A DNA stretch of 19,223 nucleotides from Anaeromyxobacteraceae bacterium (GTDB taxonomy: Bacteria; Myxococcota; Myxococcia; Myxococcales; Anaeromyxobacteraceae). Below the pieces are notes generated by a model, which was given only the letters and a program-made list of their open reading frames with translations, ran no database searches and was not told where the DNA came from. The position numbers were made by a program, and so were the translations under genes. Positions 14,634 to 19,223 of this stretch are shown in pieces. Within the stretch, counting starts at the first letter, position 1; each line of letters begins with the position of its first letter. The stretch covers positions 1 to 19,223 of the forward strand of contig DATBLK010000092.1 of assembly GCA_036555405.1 (NCBI GenBank), in the 5' to 3' direction.

Positions 14634-16072
14634 GAGCCCCCCCCGCCGTCGAGCGCCACCATGTCCTCGAACGCCTCGGGCCGCCGGATCGGCTGGGCCC
14701 CCGCCCCGTGGCCGACCACGACGATGCCGGGCCGCGGGAAGGAGAAGGTCGTCGAGAAGGGGACGAAGTAGGCCCCCGAGTCCATGATGGCCACTCCGTC
14801 GCCGCGGGCCAGCTCGGGCAGCCGCCAGGCGGGGGCCAGGACGTCGCCCGGCGAGCAGGTCGGTCCCGCCAGGCGGTAGAGCCGCTGGGGCGCGCCGTCG
14901 GGCGCGGCGAGCGGGAAGATCTGGTGGTACTCGCCCCGGACCGCCTCGGCGACGTTCACCCCGGCGTCGAGCATGGCCCAGGCGAGGCCGCGCTCGTCGG
15001 GGTCGCGCAGCCCCATCACGCGGCAGAGGAGCAGCTGGGAGTTCCCGGTGAGGGCGCGGCCCGGCTCCAGGAAGATCCGCGGCGGCCTCCGGCCGGCGGC
15101 GGCGCAGTGGCGCTCCACCAGGGCGCCGACCGCCGCCACGTAGTCGTCGATGGAGAGGACGCTCTCGGGCGGCCGGGGCAAGAGGTCGCAGCCGAAGGCC
15201 GCGGAGAGGCGCAGGGTGGTGGGCGAGTGCCGCGCCACCGTCGGGCAGGCGAGGCTGCCGCCGATGTCCAGCACCTCCAGCTCGAGCCCCAGCCGCTCGT
15301 GCAGCTGGTCGGTGAACGCCAGGACCGGCGCCAGGAAGGTCTCGAGCTGCCGGCGCGACGCGATCTCGGCGCCCCGGTGGGTGTGGAGCGCGACCACCTC
15401 GAGCTCCGGGTGGGACAGCGCCTCCTCGAAGGCCCGGAAGGCCGCACCGTTGTCGACGCGCTCCCCGAGCTGCGAGCCCCAGGCGCCGGGCACGACCACG
15501 CGCAGCCCGACCCGGGGCCGCTTCCCCATGCTCCGCGCCAGGGCGGCGAGGTCGGCGACGTCGGGGCGGGCGTTGAGGTTGACGAGGCCGACGCCGCGCT
15601 CCAGCGCCTCGCGGAGCGACGGCTCCGACTTCGCCGGGCCGTTGTAGACGACGGCAGCCGGCGGAACGCCCAGGCGGAACGCGAGCCAGAGCTCGTAGGC
15701 GCTCACCACCTCGGCCCCGACGCCGGCGGCGTGGAGCAGCCGGAGCACGCCGGGCACCGGGTTGGTCTTGTAGGAGTAGAAGACCTCGCAGGCCCGGGTG
15801 GCCCCGGCCGGCCGCGCCGTGAACCGGCGCGCGTTGTCGAGCAGGCGGCGGGCGTCGAGGACGTGAAGGGGAGAGCCCCAGCGGGAGAGGAGACCCTCCA
15901 GCCCCACCCCGTCGAGCGTCAGGGACCCGCCCGGGTCGCGCGCCAGGTCCCAGGTCGAGAGCGGGAGGTCGACGCGCCTCGGCGTCAGGCGCCGCGCCAG
16001 AGGCGCCAGCCTGCGCCTGGCGTAGTCTCGCGCCGCGGTCGCGAGCCCGGCGGGGAGGAAGCGCGCCCTCAT
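14630..16072 (-). CDS. PLP-dependent decarboxylase, Orn/DAP/Arg decarboxylase family (fold III; diaminopimelate-decarboxylase-like paralogue)
   Basis: It starts with ATG 16072 (MRARFLPAGLATAARDYARRR…). Conserved blocks are FYSYKTNPVPGVL (PLP-Lys region; compare the YAVKANP consensus), HTHRGAEIAS, VLDIGGSLACP and GPTCSPGDVL (compare GPxCESGD). It is 480 aa. The ATG overlaps the stop of the upstream acyltransferase (ATGA). Only the C-terminal 480 aa of the track ORF 14630..18736 is real. Confidence 0.85.
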   Translation of the reverse strand: MRARFLPAGLATAARDYARRRLAPLARRLTPRRVDLPLSTWDLARDPGGSLTLDGVGLEGLLSRWGSPLHVLDARRLLDNARRFTARPAGATRACEVFYSYKTNPVPGVLRLLHAAGVGAEVVSAYELWLAFRLGVPPAAVVYNGPAKSEPSLREALERGVGLVNLNARPDVADLAALARSMGKRPRVGLRVVVPGAWGSQLGERVDNGAAFRAFEEALSHPELEVVALHTHRGAEIASRRQLETFLAPVLAFTDQLHERLGLELEVLDIGGSLACPTVARHSPTTLRLSAAFGCDLLPRPPESVLSIDDYVAAVGALVERHCAAAGRRPPRIFLEPGRALTGNSQLLLCRVMGLRDPDERGLAWAMLDAGVNVAEAVRGEYHQIFPLAAPDGAPQRLYRLAGPTCSPGDVLAPAWRLPELARGDGVAIMDSGAYFVPFSTTFSFPRPGIVVVGHGAGAQPIRRPEAFEDMVALDGGGGS

Positions 16073-17439
16073 CGGCCCCCCGGCGCTCCGCCTGCCGAGG
16101 TCGCCGCCCGGTCGGAGCGACGCCGCGACTCCTGCGCCTGTCCGCCCTCGTCGAGGGGGAGCGCAGCCTCCAGCTCCCGGCCGGAAAGCCGCCGCAGGCG
16201 CACTCCGGACGCCTCCAGCGAGGCGAGCAGCTGGGCCGCCCGCGAGCGTTCCGCGGCGCGGCCCAGGGCCCCGGGCGCCTCCGCCGCCGCGCTCCGGTCC
16301 TCCGGCGCCAGGTCGCGGCGGGACGCCACCTCCGGCAGCCGTGGAGGCAGGCCGAGCGCCGCCCGGATCCTCCGCCGCATGTCGCCTGCGAGGGCCCTGG
16401 CCCACAGGATCCCGCCCACCCGGAAGAGCTGCACGTCGACCGTCGCGGTCACCGCCGCGCCCCAGCGCGCCTTGTAGTAGGCGTGGAGGTTCAGGAGGTT
16501 CGCCTCCCGCTCGCCCTGGGCGATGGCGTCGCGCAGGACGAGGAGGAGCAGCAAGTTGCCGGGCCCGAGGGCGGCGAAGCCCTCGTCGAAGGCGATCTCC
16601 CGGAGATAGAGGACCCCGGCGAAGCTCGTCCCCATCGCCGCGGCGACGGGGACGCCGTCGAGCAGGACGAAGTGGAACACCGGCTCCCCGGTCGGCGCGG
16701 CCGGCCCGCACAGCGCCCGGAACAGCGCGACGCGCATCGGGTTCCGGCCGACCCCGCTGCACGCCCTCCGCTTCCAGCTGCGGCGCTCGACGTCGAGGAA
16801 GAGCTCGAGGAGCTCGGGGGCGCCGCCCGTCCCGCGCGACGAGACGTGCTCCACACCCCCGGCGCCGAGCAGCCTGCGGGCGAGGCGGCGCACGTTGGCC
16901 CGGTGGTGCTTCTCGAGGGAGCGGAGCAGGCCGCCGACGTCCCGGTGGGCCAGGGGAATGGCGCAGAAGTCGTCGCCGGGAAAGGAGCGCAGCCGGTACC
17001 CGGGCGGCGCCCGCTGGAGCGCGAGCGGCGAGTCGAGGTCCTGGGTCCGCCACACCAGGCCGGACCAGCCGCCGCGGCGCGTCAGGTGCTCGAGGAAGGC
17101 GTCCCGGCAGCGAAGCTCGTCGTCGGGGCGGCTTGCCAGCGTCAGCCGGTCTGTGTCGTGAGTGGCGAGGAGCTCGACCCTGGTGGCGCCGAGCCCGAGC
17201 GTCCCCACGGGGGCGGTGCGCATCGGCAGGAAGCCCACCGGCTCGGAGCCGTCGAAGGCCACCAGCAGGAGGGGCGCGCTTCCGGCCCGGGCGTGCTCGT
17301 CGAAGGCCAGGTACGCCCGGAGGTACCCGCAGGTCGCGAAGGGCGTGGGGCGACGCGAGGCGAGGTTGAGCGCGTCGAGCCTCCCGGCCAGGGGCGCGAT
17401 CTCGTCGAGACTGCTGTAGGCGCGGACCTCGAGGCCCAT
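16069..17439 (-). CDS. FemAB/CelD(BcsL)-like GNAT-fold acyltransferase (Acetyltransf_6-type) with low-complexity C-terminal tail
   Basis: The 456-aa protein begins MGLEVRAYSSLDEIAPLAGRLDALNLAS and shows the FemAB-family two-lobe pattern: …PLLLVAFDGSEPVGFLPMR… and …FHFVLLDGVPVAAAMGTSFAGVLYLREIAFDEGFAALGPGNLLLLLVLRDAIAQGEREANLLN…. The ATG at 17439 is preceded by GAGGGAG. I assigned the family by motif recall, not by search. Confidence 0.65.
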   Translation of the reverse strand: MGLEVRAYSSLDEIAPLAGRLDALNLASRRPTPFATCGYLRAYLAFDEHARAGSAPLLLVAFDGSEPVGFLPMRTAPVGTLGLGATRVELLATHDTDRLTLASRPDDELRCRDAFLEHLTRRGGWSGLVWRTQDLDSPLALQRAPPGYRLRSFPGDDFCAIPLAHRDVGGLLRSLEKHHRANVRRLARRLLGAGGVEHVSSRGTGGAPELLELFLDVERRSWKRRACSGVGRNPMRVALFRALCGPAAPTGEPVFHFVLLDGVPVAAAMGTSFAGVLYLREIAFDEGFAALGPGNLLLLLVLRDAIAQGEREANLLNLHAYYKARWGAAVTATVDVQLFRVGGILWARALAGDMRRRIRAALGLPPRLPEVASRRDLAPEDRSAAAEAPGALGRAAERSRAAQLLASLEASGVRLRRLSGRELEAALPLDEGGQAQESRRRSDRAATSAGGAPGGR

Positions 17440-17440
17440 G

Positions 17441-17447
17441 CTCCCTC
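17441..17447 (-). promoter_or_regulatory. Shine-Dalgarno GAGGGAG for the FemAB-like gene, directly abutting a hairpin
   Basis: The - strand reads …ACAGTGCC GAGGGAG C ATG. Confidence 0.5.
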
Positions 17448-17476
17448 GGCACTGTAACGGAACCTACCACAGTGCC
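17448..17476 (-). promoter_or_regulatory. Stem-loop (8-bp stem GGCACTGT/ACAGTGCC, 13-nt loop) 1 nt upstream of the SD; possible translational or attenuation control element
   Basis: A perfect inverted repeat is visible in the sequence. It is the least GC-biased structure in the spacer. Confidence 0.3.
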
Positions 17477-17539
17477 ACGATCGGTGAGGAGGACCAAGCG
17501 TGTGGGACGGGTCGCCGCCCTGCGCGCAAGCGCGCAGGC

Positions 17540-17580
17540 CAAAAGGGGGATGCGCGCGGACGCGCGGGCTACCGCGCGCC
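17540..17580 (-). terminator. Terminator-like element: 8-bp GC stem (GCGCGCGG…CCGCGCGC) spanning the transferase stop codon, followed by C5T4 on the - strand
   Basis: The - strand reads GGCGCGCGG-TAG-CCCGCGCGT-CCGCGCGC-ATCCCCCTTTTGG. A run of T4 is rare in this GC context. A second hairpin, CTGCGCGC-AA-GCGCGCAG, lies at 17520-17537. Confidence 0.3.
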
Positions 17581-18981
17581 CTTCCCGATGAGGACCACCG
17601 GGATGGTCTTGAACACGATCTTGAGGTCGTCCCAGAAGGACCAGTTGTCGATGTACTGGAGGTCCAGCTCCATCCAGCGGTCGAACTTCACGTCGCTCCG
17701 GCCGCTGATCTGCCAGATGCAGGTGATGCCCGGCCGCATGCTGAGGCGCCGCCGCTGCCAGCGGTGGTACTCCCGCACCTCGCTGGGAATCGGCGGGCGC
17801 GGCCCCACCACGCTCATGTCTCCGCGGAGCACGTTCCAGAACTGGGGGAGCTCGTCGATGGACGTCTTGCGGAGGAAGCGGCCGACGCGCGTGATCCGCG
17901 GGTCGTTGCGCATCTTGAAGACCGGGCCGTCCGCCTCGTTCTGGTCGCGGAGCCGGGCCAGGTGCGCCTCGGCGTCGGCCCTCATGCTGCGGAACTTGTA
18001 GAGCCAGAACTCGCGGCCGTTCCTGCCCACCCGCCGCTGGCGGAAGAGGACCGGGCCGGGCGAGTCGACCACGATGGCGAGGGAGACGGCGAGGAGGAGC
18101 GGGGAGAGGAGGGCGACGGCCGCTCCGCTCACCGCCACGTCGAAGGCGCGCTTGGCGAGCAGCGCCAGCGGGTCGCCGGGGACGGTCGTGAACGAGAGCA
18201 TGGGCGCGCCGTCGAGGTCCTCGACCTCGACCCGGGCGATGCGCTGCTGGAAGAAGTCGGCGTAGACCTTGGCGCCCACCCCCAGCTCCTCGCAGATCCC
18301 GATGGCCTGCGCCACGCTGTCCATCCGGTGGCGGCCGAGCGCGAAGAAGACCTCGTCGACGACGTGCGACGTCAGGACGGCGCCGAGCTCGGAGAGCCGG
18401 CCCAGCACCGGGCCCGGGACCCCGGCCGGTCCCGCGTCGTCGTCGAGCACGAAGCCGGCGAGCTGGAAGCCCCACTCCGGGTGGCCGGCCATGTGCTCCA
18501 GGACCGCTTCCGCGGCCGGCCCCGAGCCCACCACCAGGTACCGCCGGGTGTTGCGGCCCCGGCGGCGGGCGCTGTGGGCCACGAGCCGGACCACCACCCG
18601 GTTCGCCAGGAGCAGCCCCAGCGCGATGGCGAAGTAGAGGGCGACGAAGAGCCGCGAGACGTCGTGCTCCTTCAGCACGAAGCCCAGGGCGGTGATGCTC
18701 AGGGCCACGATGACCATGGCGCGCGCGAGCCGCCACAGCTCCACGCGGACGGGGCGCGTCCGGTACGCGTCGTAGACGCGGGAGACCGTGGACGCCGCGA
18801 GCCAGAGCAGGAAGGTGAGCGCCAGCAGCGGCCAGTAGTGGGCGATGGGGTAGAGGCCGCCGAAGCCGGCTCCGGTGAGCTGGTCGCGGACCTCGTAGCC
18901 GAGGGGGAAGGCCACCGCCAGCACGAGCAGGTCGAAGGCCCGCAGTCCCACGTCGACGATGCGCGCGTTGTGCTTCAGCAT
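17569..18981 (-). CDS. Polyprenyl-phosphate glycosyl-1-phosphate transferase (bacterial sugar transferase family; WcaJ/WbaP/EpsZ-type priming enzyme)
   Basis: Four or five N-terminal TM helices are followed by a Rossmann-like linker (RRYLVVGSGPAAEAV…) and the conserved C-terminal catalytic domain: KRAFDVAVSGAAVALLSPLLLAVSLAIVVDSPGPVLFRQRRVGRNGREFWLYKFRSM…DELPQFWNVLRGDMSVVGPRP…. I prefer the ATG start at 18981 (MLKHNARIV…) because a candidate upstream gene stops 2 nt before it. The track's in-frame GTG at 19017 is the alternative. Confidence 0.85.
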   Translation of the reverse strand: MLKHNARIVDVGLRAFDLLVLAVAFPLGYEVRDQLTGAGFGGLYPIAHYWPLLALTFLLWLAASTVSRVYDAYRTRPVRVELWRLARAMVIVALSITALGFVLKEHDVSRLFVALYFAIALGLLLANRVVVRLVAHSARRRGRNTRRYLVVGSGPAAEAVLEHMAGHPEWGFQLAGFVLDDDAGPAGVPGPVLGRLSELGAVLTSHVVDEVFFALGRHRMDSVAQAIGICEELGVGAKVYADFFQQRIARVEVEDLDGAPMLSFTTVPGDPLALLAKRAFDVAVSGAAVALLSPLLLAVSLAIVVDSPGPVLFRQRRVGRNGREFWLYKFRSMRADAEAHLARLRDQNEADGPVFKMRNDPRITRVGRFLRKTSIDELPQFWNVLRGDMSVVGPRPPIPSEVREYHRWQRRRLSMRPGITCIWQISGRSDVKFDRWMELDLQYIDNWSFWDDLKIVFKTIPVVLIGKGAR

Positions 18982-18982
18982 C

Positions 18983-19223
18983 TCACGCCCCCGCTCCCCG
19001 GTGTCCCGGCCTTCCACGCCACCCCGTGAAGCTCTCCGCGCGCTGCGCGGGCCCGCCCGCGGCGGGGCGATCCGGAGGCCGCCCTTCGCCGTCGCGCGCG
19101 GTCCGGATCCAGGCCTGCGGCGCGACGCGGTCGTGCAGCGCGAGCGCGATCTTCCAGGCGACGAAGGCGGGGGCGCGGAGGAGGTCGCCCAGGCCGCGCA
19201 GCCCCGTGCCCGAGAGCGCCCAG
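18983..19223 (-). CDS. Possible 3' end of an upstream - strand gene of unknown function; 5' end lies outside the window
   Basis: The frame is open from the window edge (…WALSGTGLRGLGDLLRAPAFVAWKIALALHDRVAPQAWIRTARDGEG…) and ends with TGA 2 nt before the ATG at 18981. It shows no recognisable motif. An open frame this long is weak evidence on its own at this GC content. Confidence 0.2.
   Translation of the reverse strand, partial: WALSGTGLRGLGDLLRAPAFVAWKIALALHDRVAPQAWIRTARDGEGRPPDRPAAGGPAQRAESFTGWRGRPGHRGAGA

Noticed and set aside
13336-14771. ORFs 13336..14430 (-) and 13350..14771 (+) overlap the ATP-grasp gene.
   Set aside because: The ATP-grasp frame has the KPxxQ, GIYG and E-x-N motifs. 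The other frames are low-complexity.
14708-17457. Plus-strand ORFs 14708..16477, 16341..17369 and 16483..17457 lie antisense to the decarboxylase and FemAB-like genes.
   Set aside because: They are antisense shadows rich in Gly/Arg/Glu with no motifs.
16073-18736. The N-terminal 888 aa of track ORF 14630..18736 (-).
   Set aside because: This part is out of frame with the FemAB-like and transferase genes, which carry family signatures. The frame only becomes a real gene at the ATG at 16072, the decarboxylase start.
17500-19029. A 509-aa + strand ORF lies antisense to the sugar-transferase gene.
   Set aside because: It is an Asp/Glu/Gly/Arg-rich shadow. The - strand encodes the conserved polyprenyl glycosylphosphotransferase catalytic domain.
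1-19223. I searched for CRISPR arrays, tRNA or rRNA genes, IS elements and integrases.
   Set aside because: I saw no regularly spaced direct repeats, no cloverleaf-like tRNA candidates in the few intergenic spacers, and no DDE, tyrosine-recombinase or HTH-transposase motifs in any frame. The only inverted repeats are short GC hairpins in spacers, and those are reported as possible terminators.

Overview
This is a very GC-rich bacterial chromosomal segment, more than 70% G+C by eye. Codon usage is strongly GC3-biased, GTG and TTG starts are frequent, and many gene pairs share 4-nt stop/start overlaps. That style fits Myxococcota or Anaeromyxobacter-like deltaproteobacteria, but the assignment is unverified.

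I can support 16-17 genes in four blocks.

(1) Positions 1-6959, + strand: a tightly coupled six-gene respiratory operon. It encodes a dicluster ferredoxin-like protein, a pentaheme c-type cytochrome, a Tat-exported molybdopterin-oxidoreductase (MopB) subunit, a four-cluster FeS subunit, an NrfD/PsrC-type quinone-interacting membrane subunit, and an SPFH/stomatin protein. This looks like an alternative-complex-III (ACIII), Qrc or Psr type complex.

(2) Positions 7026-10163, + strand: an Hsp70 nucleotide-binding-domain-only ATPase (YegD-like) followed by a ClC chloride channel/antiporter with a C-terminal CBS pair.

(3) Positions 10197-13339: a small cupin-like ORF and a MenA-like UbiA prenyltransferase on the - strand, then a CoxG-like SRPBCC protein and a pirin on the + strand.

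(4) Positions 13329-19223, - strand: a glycan-biosynthesis cluster. A polyprenyl-phosphate glycosyl-1-phosphate (priming) transferase is followed by a translationally coupled cassette of a FemAB-family acyltransferase, an Orn/DAP/Arg-family PLP decarboxylase and an ATP-grasp ligase.

I could not identify any rRNA, tRNA, CRISPR array, transposase or integrase. The many ORFs longer than 1000 aa in the six-frame track are GC artefacts that overlay the real genes.

The two most interesting candidates are below.
- The decarboxylase / ATP-grasp / FemAB cassette downstream of the priming transferase, behind a highly structured 130-nt spacer. It probably decorates the polysaccharide with an amine or amino acid, but its chemistry is unknown.
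- The respiratory module that ends in a stop/start-overlapped SPFH scaffold gene.

I found no evidence of a phage-defence or mobile element in this window.
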